Of a stretch of 64,000 bases of DNA, positions 10,601 through 19,264 are shown in pieces; position 1 is the first letter of the stretch, and every line of letters begins with the position of its first letter. This DNA is from SAR86 cluster bacterium SAR86A. Lineage in GTDB: Bacteria; Pseudomonadota; Gammaproteobacteria; Magnimaribacterales; D2472. A program made the position numbers and the translations under genes. Location: contig JH611157.1 of the NCBI GenBank assembly GCA_000252525.1, positions 348,638-412,637 on the forward strand, written 5' to 3'. The notes below the pieces were generated by a model, which saw only the letters and a list, made by a program, of their open reading frames with translations, searched no databases and had not been told where the DNA came from.

Positions 10601-10641
10601 AATTCCTTTTCGCTAAGGAATTTATCTTTTATATCTAACAT
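7600..10641 (-). CDS. putA: Bifunctional proline dehydrogenase / 1-pyrroline-5-carboxylate dehydrogenase
   Basis: The 1013-aa protein has an N-terminal PRODH barrel followed by an ALDH domain. The ALDH part carries IAETGGINAMIVD and the catalytic Cys in SAGQRCSALRVL. No N-terminal ribbon-helix-helix segment is evident. It shares an ATGA overlap with the downstream M23 gene. Confidence 0.9.
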   Translation of the reverse strand: MLDIKDKFLSEKELVTEMLDKSKFLGEKSINNNASEIIQLCRKNKSDRTMLDAFLNEYGLDNQEGVALMCLAESVLRIPDKKTRDLIISEKLSAGSWIDHLNKADSIFVNASTWGLLLAGKVVNTPSEWSDDPYNFLSGLISKSGEMPIRNAVLAAMQILSQEFVIGKDFRDIEKLSNLENESYSFDMLGEAARTMRQADNYFNAYMNAIDEVGKLNLIKNLNNGVSIKISALHPRYEMRKFKDLESELIPRLIELVHYAHSKDVEITIDAEEQDRLTLSLNIIEKLALDKVIKNWTGFGIALQAYGKRSINVIHWINKILDKREKMHLRLVKGAYWDYEIKHAQVFGYEDYPVYSKKSLTDISFLLCAKEILKNEKIYAKFATHNAHTISSVHQLGQGKDYEFQRLYGMGELLYQSAEKVLNLEKKPSVYAPIGSYKDLLPYLVRRLLENGANSSFINRLLDPETDANWLAENPAIRIEKEKIDIPLPKNIFTERKNSSGFDLSENSNLENLEKSISAHKKNKINAESIYVNRDEKEKVGQKVYSIANNEEIGTAIFDDPTNVKSALENFASEKWSKYSVQERSQILIKISDDIEKDPSELIFYLLNEAGKTIQNAIDEIREAIDFLRYYSRQIIEIHGKKSLQGPTGEINKISYSPKGNYLCISPWNFPVAILIGQISAALACGNNVVVKPSENTSILGYLIVKKFHENGVPIETLQLILGDGMYGDVLTKVNTIHGVAFTGSLPTAKKIQTNLIQHHKEIVPLIAETGGINAMIVDSSALLEQVTDDVVRSAFDSAGQRCSALRVLCIQEEIYDELIEMIKGNMEIQEIGDPNNFSTDIGPIINKHALQKLNDYIKGCKDQGMEVHNCNNSLKETHMSPTIIEIDNISAIQEEQFGPILHVMKYKFDDMNSVINQINESGYGLTMGIHTRIESRADFIGEKSNVGNIYINRDMVGAVVGSQPFGGIGLSGSGFKAGGPNYLLQFLNEKVISKNSVAFGGNTELLNLQEDL

Positions 10642-10719
10642 AACTAATATTTTAATCTTTAAGTATTAACTAGCAACATTGTGATTCTATTAATCATTTA
10701 AAAATACTATGATAGTAAT

Positions 10720-11907
10720 ATGAAAGAAGCACTTAAGCTTATTAATAGAGGTACCGATGAGATTCTAACTGAATCTGATCTAAAGAAAAAACTTGATTCT
10801 GGTAAACAGTTAATTATCAAGGCAGGTTTCGATCCAACTGCTCCAGATCTTCATCTAGGCCATACTGTTTTATTAAATAAACTAAGACATTTCCAAGATC
10901 TTGGACATCGTGTTGTGTTTTTAATTGGAGATTTTACTGGAAGAATTGGAGATCCTTCAGGTACAAATAAAACAAGACCAACGCTTGATGCAAAAGATTT
11001 AGAAGAAAATGCTAAAACTTATGAAAAACAAGTTTTTAAAATACTTAAAAAAGATCTAACAGATGTGCGATTTAATTCAGAGTGGTGTGAAAAGCTTGGT
11101 GCAGATGGATTAATCCGCCTTGCAGCAAAATACAACGTTGCTAGGATGCTTGAGAGAGACGATTTTAGTAAAAGATTTTCTGAAAATAAGAGCATCGCAA
11201 TTCATGAGTTTCTATATCCTTTAGTTCAAGGATATGACTCCGTAGCCCTAAAAGCAGATGTTGAGTTGGGAGGCACCGATCAAAAGTTTAATTTGTTAGT
11301 TGGAAGAGAGCTTCAAAGAGATTATGACCAAGAACCTCAGGTTGTCATAACAGTTCCAATTTTAGAGGGACTAGATGGCGTCAAAAAAATGTCAAAGTCA
11401 TTAAATAATTACGTTGCAATTGATGAAGAGCCAGATGAAATGTTTGGCAAAATTATGTCAATTTCAGATGATTTAATGTGGAGATGGTTTGAGTTATTAA
11501 GTTTCATGAGTGAAGAAGAAATAAATTCTCTAAAGAAAGAAATGCAGGATGGTAAAAATCCAAGAGATATCAAGTTTATTCTTGCCGAGGAGATTGTGGA
11601 TAGATTCCATAAAGATGGAGATGGTCAAAAATGTAAAGAATCATTCCTTAATAGATTCCAAAAAGGTCAAATACCTGAAAATGTTGACTCAGTAAAAGTT
11701 AATATTGATGGCGAGTCGATACTGCTTGTGAATTTATTGAAAGAAACAAACATGATTGCCAGTGTCTCTGAAGGTAACAGGCTCATAAAACAAGGTGGTA
11801 TAAAGGTAAATTCTGAGAAAGTTAATGACCCAAAGTTTGAAATATCAGTTAACTCTGAGAACCTATACCAAGTTGGTAAAAGAAGATTCCTCAAAATTAA
11901 AATCTAA
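10720..11907 (+). CDS. tyrS: Tyrosine--tRNA ligase
   Basis: The class I motifs HIGH (PDLHLGH) and KMSKS (VKKMSKS) are present. The C-terminus is an S4 domain ([11 protein letters not shown]). Confidence 0.93.
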   Translation: MKEALKLINRGTDEILTESDLKKKLDSGKQLIIKAGFDPTAPDLHLGHTVLLNKLRHFQDLGHRVVFLIGDFTGRIGDPSGTNKTRPTLDAKDLEENAKTYEKQVFKILKKDLTDVRFNSEWCEKLGADGLIRLAAKYNVARMLERDDFSKRFSENKSIAIHEFLYPLVQGYDSVALKADVELGGTDQKFNLLVGRELQRDYDQEPQVVITVPILEGLDGVKKMSKSLNNYVAIDEEPDEMFGKIMSISDDLMWRWFELLSFMSEEEINSLKKEMQDGKNPRDIKFILAEEIVDRFHKDGDGQKCKESFLNRFQKGQIPENVDSVKVNIDGESILLVNLLKETNMIASVSEGNRLIKQGGIKVNSEKVNDPKFEISVNSENLYQVGKRRFLKIKI

Positions 11908-12360
11908 ATGAAATATCTTATCTCAGCCATATCATTAATCATGCTTTCAGCTTGTGTTCAAGACAGTCCAAATATTAAACAAATTGAAAACATGCAATTT
12001 TTCATTGATAACAAAACTGACATTAATGTGATCGAGGTTGAGGAAGGCCTTCAGTATCTAGTGATGCAATCTGGTGATCCAGAAGGTAAAAATCCAAAGC
12101 TTGATCAAGTAATTACTGCTCATTTCCACGGAACACTTACAAATGGAAATATTTTTTGGAGCTCTTTAGACACAGAGCCACTAAAGATTGAATTATCAAA
12201 GCTAATAATAGGATGCCAAAAAATTATTTCAATGATGAAGAAAGGCGATAAATGGAAAGTATTTATTGATCCAACCATGGCTTACGGAGAGGAGGGTAGG
12301 CCAGGCATACCGTCAAATTCTATTCTAGTATTTGAAATAGAATTATTAGCAATTAATTAA
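11908..12360 (+). CDS. FKBP-type peptidyl-prolyl cis-trans isomerase, probable lipoprotein
   Basis: A lipobox (IMLSAC) is present. The FKBP_C core reads VITAHFHGTLTNGNIFWSS .. GIPSNSILVFEIELLAI. Confidence 0.8.
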   Translation: MKYLISAISLIMLSACVQDSPNIKQIENMQFFIDNKTDINVIEVEEGLQYLVMQSGDPEGKNPKLDQVITAHFHGTLTNGNIFWSSLDTEPLKIELSKLIIGCQKIISMMKKGDKWKVFIDPTMAYGEEGRPGIPSNSILVFEIELLAIN

Positions 12361-13250
12361 ATCTTAATTAAAGGGTTATAAGTAATTCGGTCTGGAATGT
12401 CTTCAGCACCAGGTACTCCACGTGCAATTAGAAATGGCTTTAACTCTTCAATAGCTTTTGGCTCATCATAGTGTCCAATATTTGGATGAAGATGGTGAAC
12501 AAAATGTAATTGCATTGAGTGGTTAATATATCTTGGCATCCAATGTTGCCAAAATCTTGTATTTTTATATCTTCCAACTTCAGTACCAATATGTGGATAA
12601 TATGAAAAGAAAAGAGTTGTGTATAAGACACCTATCTTTGCAGGCAACCACCATAGTAACAATGTTTGAAGTGGGAAAAGCAAAACTAAAATCATCAAAA
12701 TTAATCTGTAAGCTAAGAAAACATTAACGCCTTTATCAAAAGCTTTTTGAAATGCAGCATCATCAGCATATATATCTTTGTATTTTGCATAATCAGTCGA
12801 TGTACCATCCAATGAACATAAAATAACCTCTTTAACTGAATTTGCATTAGATGTTATAAAGTCTGGATCTTTATCCTCATGATTTGTATATGCATGATGT
12901 TTCATATGAGTCACTCTCAATATCTCATAAGGATATATAAGAGTTATCAGGGTAAAGCTTCCAACAAATCTATCTATCCACTTTTTTTTAGGATTACCCC
13001 TAGAGTAATTTCCATGTTGTGCTTCGTGTGATGGTAAATAAGACATACATGCACAAAAACTAGCAATAATAAATCCTGACCATAAAGGAATTATTTCATT
13101 CATGACTAGGGGCCATAAACTTAGCCAAACACAAGCTTGACCAATACCGATTAAAATCATTTCCCATTGGAATCGCTGAGCATATTTTCTTGCTACAGCT
13201 TTTTCTTTCTCAAATGAGAATTCTTCAGATACGTTGGAGTTGAGATTCAT
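12357..13250 (-). CDS. Membrane fatty-acid desaturase family protein
   Basis: Three histidine boxes are present: HEAQH, HMKHH and HFVHH. It has several TM segments. I moved the start to ATG 13250 (MNLNSNV) because it forms an ATGA overlap with the stop of the upstream small ORF. Confidence 0.7.
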   Translation of the reverse strand: MNLNSNVSEEFSFEKEKAVARKYAQRFQWEMILIGIGQACVWLSLWPLVMNEIIPLWSGFIIASFCACMSYLPSHEAQHGNYSRGNPKKKWIDRFVGSFTLITLIYPYEILRVTHMKHHAYTNHEDKDPDFITSNANSVKEVILCSLDGTSTDYAKYKDIYADDAAFQKAFDKGVNVFLAYRLILMILVLLFPLQTLLLWWLPAKIGVLYTTLFFSYYPHIGTEVGRYKNTRFWQHWMPRYINHSMQLHFVHHLHPNIGHYDEPKAIEELKPFLIARGVPGAEDIPDRITYNPLIKI

Positions 13251-13444
13251 ACCCACAACCACTTACCTCGAATATGCGCTATGACTCCGACAACAAAACC
13301 TGCAAAAAAACAGATAGCAGTTAAATATGGTGCTCCATTGAGAATATTTATTTTTTGGACAATAGCATTTAGAACACTGCCAATAAAAATTAGACCAAAC
13401 CATACTTTATTATGATCAAGAATAATTTCTAAAACTTTTACCAT
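13247..13444 (-). CDS. Small two-TM membrane protein (65 aa), function unknown
   Basis: Two hydrophobic spans are present (WFGLIFIGSVLNAIV and YLTAICFFAGFVVGVIA). Its TGA stop overlaps the desaturase ATG (minus-strand ATGA at 13250-13247), which suggests translational coupling. Confidence 0.45.
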   Translation of the reverse strand: MVKVLEIILDHNKVWFGLIFIGSVLNAIVQKINILNGAPYLTAICFFAGFVVGVIAHIRGKWLWV

Positions 13445-13476
13445 AATTTATTTTATCAGAACTTTTGCAAATATAA

Positions 13477-13555
13477 TGGTGGGCCTGGGAAGACTCGAAC
13501 TTCCGACCTCTCGATTATCAGTCGAACGCTCTAACCAAAACTGAGCTACAGGCCC
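13477..13555 (-). tRNA. tRNA-Ile (anticodon GAU), CCA encoded
   Basis: The reverse complement reads GGGCCTGTAGCTCAGTTTTGGTTAGAGCGTTCGACTGATAATCGAGAGGTCGGAAGTTCGAGTCTTCCCAGGCCCACCA. It folds as a cloverleaf with a 7-bp acceptor stem, a GCTC/GAGC D stem, the anticodon loop CTGATAA, and a GGAAG-TTCGAGT-CTTCC T arm. It resembles E. coli tRNA-Ile1. Confidence 0.9.
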
Positions 13556-13604
13556 TATTAACGAAAGAGCATTCTACCTTTGAATTATGGTTTCGACAAT
13601 TAAT

Positions 13605-14279
13605 CTAATTAACTTTTAGAGATTTATAAAGAGTGTAATAAATATAACCTAATGGAATGACTAGAATATATTCTGACAAAGCCAACAATATAGTTTGAAC
13701 AATACCCTGAGAAACTAAGTTTGTTACAACTAGTGCAATGAGAAGGGTTAATACTATAAAAATTAAGGTAAATACAAAAAGCTTAGAACCATATTCGTCA
13801 GTATTTTCCCAAGATGAACTTATGGACTCAAAAACTTTTTTGTCTTCCAACATTATATAAAAGGGAAATAAGGCAAGCCTAGCTGTGATATATATTCCAG
13901 GCAAAATTAACAATAAATAACCAAAAGCTGAAACTATGGTAACTATAATGAAAGTTCCAAAAAGTGGAAAGAATTTAGTAATACCAGCTTGAAGTGCGCC
14001 AATAGGATTAATTTCTTTTTCGCTATCGATAGCCATATAGCTTAAATAAAGCCCTCCTATAAAAGCCATTTGAAGAATAATTCCTGTAATAGAGACCAAT
14101 CCAATAACTATAGAATTAGACTGAAAAAATTCCATAAAATCTTCTGGTTGAGTCATATCGCCTAAAGGAATAAGAAGATATCCAACTGTGGACTCTATAG
14201 CAATAAGCGGTAATGCCAGCATAAGAAAGTATTTCCAATTCTCAAATGTGAATTGCCATGCAGCTTTGAATTGATTCAT
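13605..14279 (-). CDS. Multi-pass inner-membrane protein, function unknown (YciC/UPF0259-like topology)
   Basis: The 224-aa protein has about 5-6 hydrophobic spans and no catalytic motif that I recognise. The family assignment rests only on my recollection of length and topology. Confidence 0.5.
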   Translation of the reverse strand: MNQFKAAWQFTFENWKYFLMLALPLIAIESTVGYLLIPLGDMTQPEDFMEFFQSNSIVIGLVSITGIILQMAFIGGLYLSYMAIDSEKEINPIGALQAGITKFFPLFGTFIIVTIVSAFGYLLLILPGIYITARLALFPFYIMLEDKKVFESISSSWENTDEYGSKLFVFTLIFIVLTLLIALVVTNLVSQGIVQTILLALSEYILVIPLGYIYYTLYKSLKVN

Positions 14280-14298
14280 ATATGAATTGTAAAGTAAT

Positions 14299-16410
14299 AT
14301 GAACTTTATGTATAAAAATACTCTTTATTTACTTCTTTTAATTTCTTTAATTTCGTGTAGTTCATCTGGAGAAGATATTAATTATCCTGAATCAAAAAAA
14401 ATTAGTTTTAAAGAAAATCTTCATGGATATGAAATTACTGATGACTATAGATGGCTAGAAGATTTTACAAGCGATGAATCAATTGATTGGATAACTAGAC
14501 AGAATGAATTCACTAAAAAATATATTGAAAAAAATAAATATAAAAAAGATTTAGAAAATTATTTAAATCAAATTTGGGAAAGTGAATCAATTTCTATTCC
14601 ATACAAAGTAGAGGACAAAACTTTTTTCTATTTCAACGATGGTTCATTTCAACAGAGCAAATTAATGATTCAGGATTGTGAAGCATGTGAGCCTAAAGTA
14701 CTAATTGACCCAAATGAATTTTCTGAAGATGGCACAGTCTCTTTGGGTGGGACTAGCATTAGTAATGACGCATCTCTCATAGCTTACTCAATTTCAGATG
14801 GTGGTTCTGATTGGAGAACATGGAAAGTCATGAATATAGAAACTGGAGAAGTGCTTGATGATGAGCTTAAATGGGCTAAATTTTCTGGAGCATCATGGGA
14901 AAATGATGATAGCGGTTTCTTCTACAGACGCTATGAAGAACCTGATGGAGAACTCTTAAAAGAGTTGAATGAATCTCCAAAGCTAATGTTTCATAAAATT
15001 GGCACTAATCAATCTGAAGATGAGTTAATTTACGAAAACCCTGATAATCCAAGATGGGGATTTGGGATAACAGTCATAAAGGACAGCGAAATGAAGCTAT
15101 TGTCCATTTCTGAAGGCACAGACGATAGAAATAAACTCTATTTGCAAATGAGCAAAAACAGTAAATTTATACCTGTTATTGATGAATTAATCGGGACATA
15201 TAGCTTTATTGATAGCAAAGACAATATTTTATGGTTTTATACAACGGAAGGTGCGCCTAACGGTAAAATTGTAAATTTAGAAATAAAAAATGGCTCATTT
15301 GTATGGAATGAGGTTATTGCAGAATCTAAAAATGCAATCAGGTCTGTTAACATTATTAATGATTCATTTGTTATAAATTATTTAGAGGATACCTTCTCAC
15401 AAATAAGCGTCTTTAATCTTTCAGGTGAATTCATTTCTAAATTGTCATTACCCAAACAGGGAACCATAAGTGGGTTCAGTGGAGGTATTGAAGATACTAC
15501 TTCATTTTTTGCTGTTACAAATTATGTGACTCCCAGAGAAATATACAAGATAGATTTAACAGATTTGTCATTTGAATTATTTTGGAAAGAAGAATTAGTT
15601 GGATACGACTCGTCAGATTATGTTTCAAGATTAGAATTTTATCCATCCAAAGATGGGACACAAATCCCAATTCATATTAGTCACAAAAAAGATTTAGAGA
15701 TTGATGAGAATACTCCTTTGCTGATTTATGGTTATGGAGGTTTCAATATTTCAATACTTCCAAATTTTAGTAAAAGCCAGACCGCATGGAAAAACCAAAA
15801 TGGTGTTTATGCAGTTGCTAATTTAAGAGGCGGTGCTGAATACGGCGATGCCTGGCATGAAGCTGGCATGCTATTAAATAAACAAAATGTATTTGATGAT
15901 TTTGCGTATGCAGCAAAATTTTTACATTCAAAGAAAATTGGATCACCGAGCACAACTGCTATTGATGGAAGATCTAATGGGGGACTTTTAGTAGCTGCTA
16001 CCATGTTACAAAATCCGGATCTATATAAAATTGCTATTCCTCAAGTTGGAGTCTTAGATATGCTTAGGTTTAATAAATTTACTATTGGTTGGGCTTGGGA
16101 GAGTGATTACGGTTCATCAGATATAAAAAATGAGTTTGAAAATTTGTTAGCTTATTCACCTCTTCACAATATTAAATCTGATGTTTGTTATCCAACAACT
16201 CTGATTACTACAGCAAGTCGAGATGATAGAGTTGTACCATCACACTCATTTAAATTTGCAGCAAAATTACAAGAACTCCAGTCATGTAATAATCCAATTC
16301 TTATTAGAGTTGAAGATAGAGCTGGACATGGTGCAGGTACACCAAAAGATAAAAGAATAAACCAAATCTCAGAAATTTATGGTTACGCACTTAATGTAAT
16401 AAGCAGCTAA
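14299..16410 (+). CDS. Prolyl oligopeptidase (S9A), probable lipoprotein
   Basis: A lipobox (LISLISCSSS) is present. The N-terminal YRWLED motif and a propeller region precede the catalytic GRSNGGLL serine, DDRVVP (Asp) and RAGHGAG (His). Confidence 0.88.
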   Translation: MNFMYKNTLYLLLLISLISCSSSGEDINYPESKKISFKENLHGYEITDDYRWLEDFTSDESIDWITRQNEFTKKYIEKNKYKKDLENYLNQIWESESISIPYKVEDKTFFYFNDGSFQQSKLMIQDCEACEPKVLIDPNEFSEDGTVSLGGTSISNDASLIAYSISDGGSDWRTWKVMNIETGEVLDDELKWAKFSGASWENDDSGFFYRRYEEPDGELLKELNESPKLMFHKIGTNQSEDELIYENPDNPRWGFGITVIKDSEMKLLSISEGTDDRNKLYLQMSKNSKFIPVIDELIGTYSFIDSKDNILWFYTTEGAPNGKIVNLEIKNGSFVWNEVIAESKNAIRSVNIINDSFVINYLEDTFSQISVFNLSGEFISKLSLPKQGTISGFSGGIEDTTSFFAVTNYVTPREIYKIDLTDLSFELFWKEELVGYDSSDYVSRLEFYPSKDGTQIPIHISHKKDLEIDENTPLLIYGYGGFNISILPNFSKSQTAWKNQNGVYAVANLRGGAEYGDAWHEAGMLLNKQNVFDDFAYAAKFLHSKKIGSPSTTAIDGRSNGGLLVAATMLQNPDLYKIAIPQVGVLDMLRFNKFTIGWAWESDYGSSDIKNEFENLLAYSPLHNIKSDVCYPTTLITTASRDDRVVPSHSFKFAAKLQELQSCNNPILIRVEDRAGHGAGTPKDKRINQISEIYGYALNVISS

Positions 16411-16469
16411 GCAGTAACTTTTACATTTAGGACAGATCGAATTGCAAACAAAATCATCTATCATAATTA

Positions 16470-16498
16470 TAGACATCAATAAGTTTAAGATTTAATAT
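16470..16498 (+). promoter_or_regulatory. Candidate sigma70 promoter for the thiamine operon
   Basis: TAGACA (16470-75), a 17-nt spacer and TAATAT (16493-98) place the transcription start about 7 nt downstream, at the first base of riboswitch P1. AT-rich DNA produces many chance matches of this kind. Confidence 0.3.
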
Positions 16499-16505
16499 TT
16501 TATTA

Positions 16506-16588
16506 ATGCAAAGGGGTGGCTTGATAAGCCTGAGATCTTAGGAAACCCTTTGAACCTGATCAACACAATAGTTGCGGAGGAATTGCAT
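16506..16588 (+). promoter_or_regulatory. TPP (THI-box) riboswitch
   Basis: Hand alignment to the THI-element consensus gives these parts. P1 is ATGCAA (16506-11) paired with TTGCAT (16583-88). Between them lie AGGGGTG, the hairpin GCTT-GATA-AGC, CTGAGA, ACCCTTTGAACCTGATC, the hairpin AAC-ACAATA-GTT, and GCGGAGGAA. The ATG of the downstream receptor starts at 16589. Confidence 0.85.
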
Positions 16589-18685
16589 ATGTATATCAGA
16601 AAAAAAATTCTATTTTTATTACCCTTAATATTCTCTCTATTAGTTTTATCTAGTGATATTGAAGAAATAATTGTTAAGGGTGAATATAGAGAAAAATCTT
16701 TAGGGGAAGAAGATTCAAGTATTGTTATCATTCAATCTGAACAAATTAAATCTCAAGCAATAAAACATTTTCAACAACTGTCTCACCTTGTTCCAAATTT
16801 AAATTATGCTGCATCCGATTCAAGGGCTAGATATTTTCAAATTCGAGGTATAGGAGAAAGATCTGGTTATCAAGGAACACCAAATTCATCTGTTGGCTTC
16901 TTAATTGATGATATTGATTATTCTGGACAAGGTGGAATTGCAACTTTATTTGATGTTGATCAAGTTGAAGTTTTTCGAGGACCTCAAGGATCTAGGTCAG
17001 GAGCAAATGCTCTCGCAGGATTGATTTACATAAAGACAAAAGATCCAACTGAAAAATTCGAAGGAACTTCCGAACTAACTCTTGGAGATTATGGCACTCA
17101 AAATATTGGGATAGCTTTTGGCGGGCCAATGCAGAATAAAAAACTTAAATATCGTTTAGTTCTTAGAACTGATTATGCAGATGGCTTTAGAAAGAATACC
17201 TACCTAAATAAATCAGATACCTCAAAAAAAGATGAATTAACTTTACGCTATAAATTAAATTGGGAATTAAATGAAACAACAAATTTAGATTTTCTTGTTT
17301 CAAAAGTTGATATGGATGATCCGGCTGATATTTGGACTATTGATGGAAGTTTAAATACCTTATCTGACCGCCCAGGTATGGATTCACAGAATACAAACTC
17401 ATATGGGATAAAGATTACTAAAGATTTTTCTAACTTTACTGTTCAAAGTTTAACAAGTGCTACCAAAACCGATGTTATTTTTAGTTACGATGCAGATTGG
17501 GGTAACGCAGACTCACATTTTCCCTACGTATATGATTATTTTTCTGAAACATTGAGAAAAAGAGATACTTTTAGCCAAGAGATTCGTTTTTTATCTAAAA
17601 ATACTGAATTTTCATTTGAAAATCCATACGAATGGATTTTCGGTTTTGAATTTAGTGATCTTGATGAATCAAATTTAACAAAAGACGATGGCATATATGG
17701 AGATCCAAATGATCCCTATAGTCCCTATGTTAGTGAATCAGAAATTTTAAGAGACTATCAAGCTGAAAATTTTTCAGTCTTTGGGAACATTGATTATTTT
17801 TTAAATCGGTATTACAAGATTGCTTTTGGTTTAAGGTGGGAAAATTGGGACTCAAAATACAAAGATTCAAATAACGAATCATTTAGTCCTTCAAATAATA
17901 TGAATGGTGGAAAGATTTCGTTAGTTAAAAATAGAAATAATTCAAATACATTTTTCTCAATTGCAAGAGGATATAAACAAGGTGGTTTTAATCTTGGGCT
18001 TGATGCAACTGATAATTCAATAAAACAATCATTGATATATGATCCTGAGTTTTTAACTAATTACGAAATAGGTATTAGTTCAAATACAGAAAACTCAGGT
18101 TTTAATTATTCAGTAGTTATATTTTTTTCAAAGAGAGAAGATCAACAAGTTTTGATCTCAAGACAGGTTGATCCTTCAGATCCAAATACATTTTCATACC
18201 TTACAGAAAATGCAGCTGAAGGAGAAAATTATGGACTAGAAGTGAGTTCTAAGTTTTTTATAAATGATCAATTAAGCTTGTTTGCTAATTTAGGTTTTTT
18301 AAAAACTAAAATTAAGAATTGGGAATCAAGACCTGATCTTCAAAACAGATCACAAGCCCATGCTCCAGAACATACTTATTCAATTGGCACAAATATAGAT
18401 TTAAAGAATAATTTTTATTTTAAACTTAATCTAAATGGAAAGAGTGAATTCTTTTATTCAGATTCTCATAATAATAAATCAAAAAGTTATCAGCTTCTTA
18501 ATCTTACCTTTGGTCGCTCTAAAGGCCGATTTACAAGTGAGCTCTGGATGAGAAATGTCTTTGATAAATACTATTCAACAAGAGGATTTTATTTTGGAAA
18601 TGAGGCTCCAGATTTCATAGATACTTTATATAGAAGACAAGGTGATCCAAAAAATATTGGCTTATCTTTAAGGTACGACTTTTAA
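16589..18685 (+). CDS. TonB-dependent outer-membrane receptor (probable thiamine/B1-vitamer uptake)
   Basis: The signal peptide is MYIRKKILFLLPLIFSLLVLSS. The plug start reads DIEEIIVKGE, followed by RGPQGSRSGANALAGLI, a long beta-barrel and a terminal aromatic (LSLRYDF). I moved the start from 16550 to ATG 16589 because the upstream part is riboswitch RNA. Confidence 0.85.
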   Translation: MYIRKKILFLLPLIFSLLVLSSDIEEIIVKGEYREKSLGEEDSSIVIIQSEQIKSQAIKHFQQLSHLVPNLNYAASDSRARYFQIRGIGERSGYQGTPNSSVGFLIDDIDYSGQGGIATLFDVDQVEVFRGPQGSRSGANALAGLIYIKTKDPTEKFEGTSELTLGDYGTQNIGIAFGGPMQNKKLKYRLVLRTDYADGFRKNTYLNKSDTSKKDELTLRYKLNWELNETTNLDFLVSKVDMDDPADIWTIDGSLNTLSDRPGMDSQNTNSYGIKITKDFSNFTVQSLTSATKTDVIFSYDADWGNADSHFPYVYDYFSETLRKRDTFSQEIRFLSKNTEFSFENPYEWIFGFEFSDLDESNLTKDDGIYGDPNDPYSPYVSESEILRDYQAENFSVFGNIDYFLNRYYKIAFGLRWENWDSKYKDSNNESFSPSNNMNGGKISLVKNRNNSNTFFSIARGYKQGGFNLGLDATDNSIKQSLIYDPEFLTNYEIGISSNTENSGFNYSVVIFFSKREDQQVLISRQVDPSDPNTFSYLTENAAEGENYGLEVSSKFFINDQLSLFANLGFLKTKIKNWESRPDLQNRSQAHAPEHTYSIGTNIDLKNNFYFKLNLNGKSEFFYSDSHNNKSKSYQLLNLTFGRSKGRFTSELWMRNVFDKYYSTRGFYFGNEAPDFIDTLYRRQGDPKNIGLSLRYDF

Positions 18686-18691
18686 ATATCA

Positions 18692-19264
18692 ATGGTAAAT
18701 TTAATACTAGAGTGTGTAGCTGTTTTGATGGCAATTCTATATTTAGTATTAGCCGCAAAAGAAGACGTAAAGTGCTGGTATGCGGCACTAATTAGCTCAC
18801 TAATATACATATATATAATGTATCAAGCAGACCTATTTATGGAATCAATTCTTCAAGTTTTCTATGTGCTAATGGCAATATACGGATGGTTACAATGGAA
18901 AAATATTATTAATACCAACATTGTTCTAAATATTAAATCATGGAAAAAATCGAATCATTTTTTTGCAATAACGATTGTTCTCATTTTATCTTTTATTTCA
19001 GGTGCAACATTAGAAAAATATACACAAGCCGCTCTACCATTTTTAGATGCTTTCACAACATGGGGAGCAATAATAACTACATATATGGTTGCTAAAAAAA
19101 TATTAGAGAATTGGATCTATTGGTTTGTAATAGATTCAATCAGTATTTATTTATATATTTCTAGAGAATTATATTTAACAGCATTGTTATTTTTTATCTA
19201 TTTGATAATTATAATTTTTGGTTACAGGTCATGGAAAAATAAATTAGCAATTATTGATGATTGA
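18692..19264 (+). CDS. PnuC-family vitamin transporter (PnuT-like thiamine facilitator, inferred from context)
   Basis: The 190-aa protein has about 7 TM segments and Trp-rich motifs typical of PnuC (MAIYGWLQWKN, ENWIYWFVIDS). It starts 6 nt after the TPP-regulated receptor. Confidence 0.75.
   Translation: MVNLILECVAVLMAILYLVLAAKEDVKCWYAALISSLIYIYIMYQADLFMESILQVFYVLMAIYGWLQWKNIINTNIVLNIKSWKKSNHFFAITIVLILSFISGATLEKYTQAALPFLDAFTTWGAIITTYMVAKKILENWIYWFVIDSISIYLYISRELYLTALLFFIYLIIIIFGYRSWKNKLAIIDD

Noticed and set aside
12357-13250. The desaturase-family protein as a carotenoid or retinal pathway enzyme (CrtW/CrtZ-like) supporting proteorhodopsin.
   Set aside because: Only the generic three-His-box pattern is visible. 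No crt or blh genes are nearby and there is no specific motif match. The idea is kept only as an open substrate question.
13445-13604. The tRNA-Ile as an integration site for a genomic island (the adjacent desaturase mini-operon).
   Set aside because: By eye I found no direct repeat of the tRNA 3' end in the flanks, no integrase and no mobility genes. A computational repeat search would be needed to exclude it fully.
16492-16731. A 79-aa minus-strand ORF across the intergenic region and the 5' end of the TonB receptor gene.
   Set aside because: It overlies the TPP riboswitch and the receptor signal peptide. The composition looks random, and the riboswitch explains the conservation-like structure.
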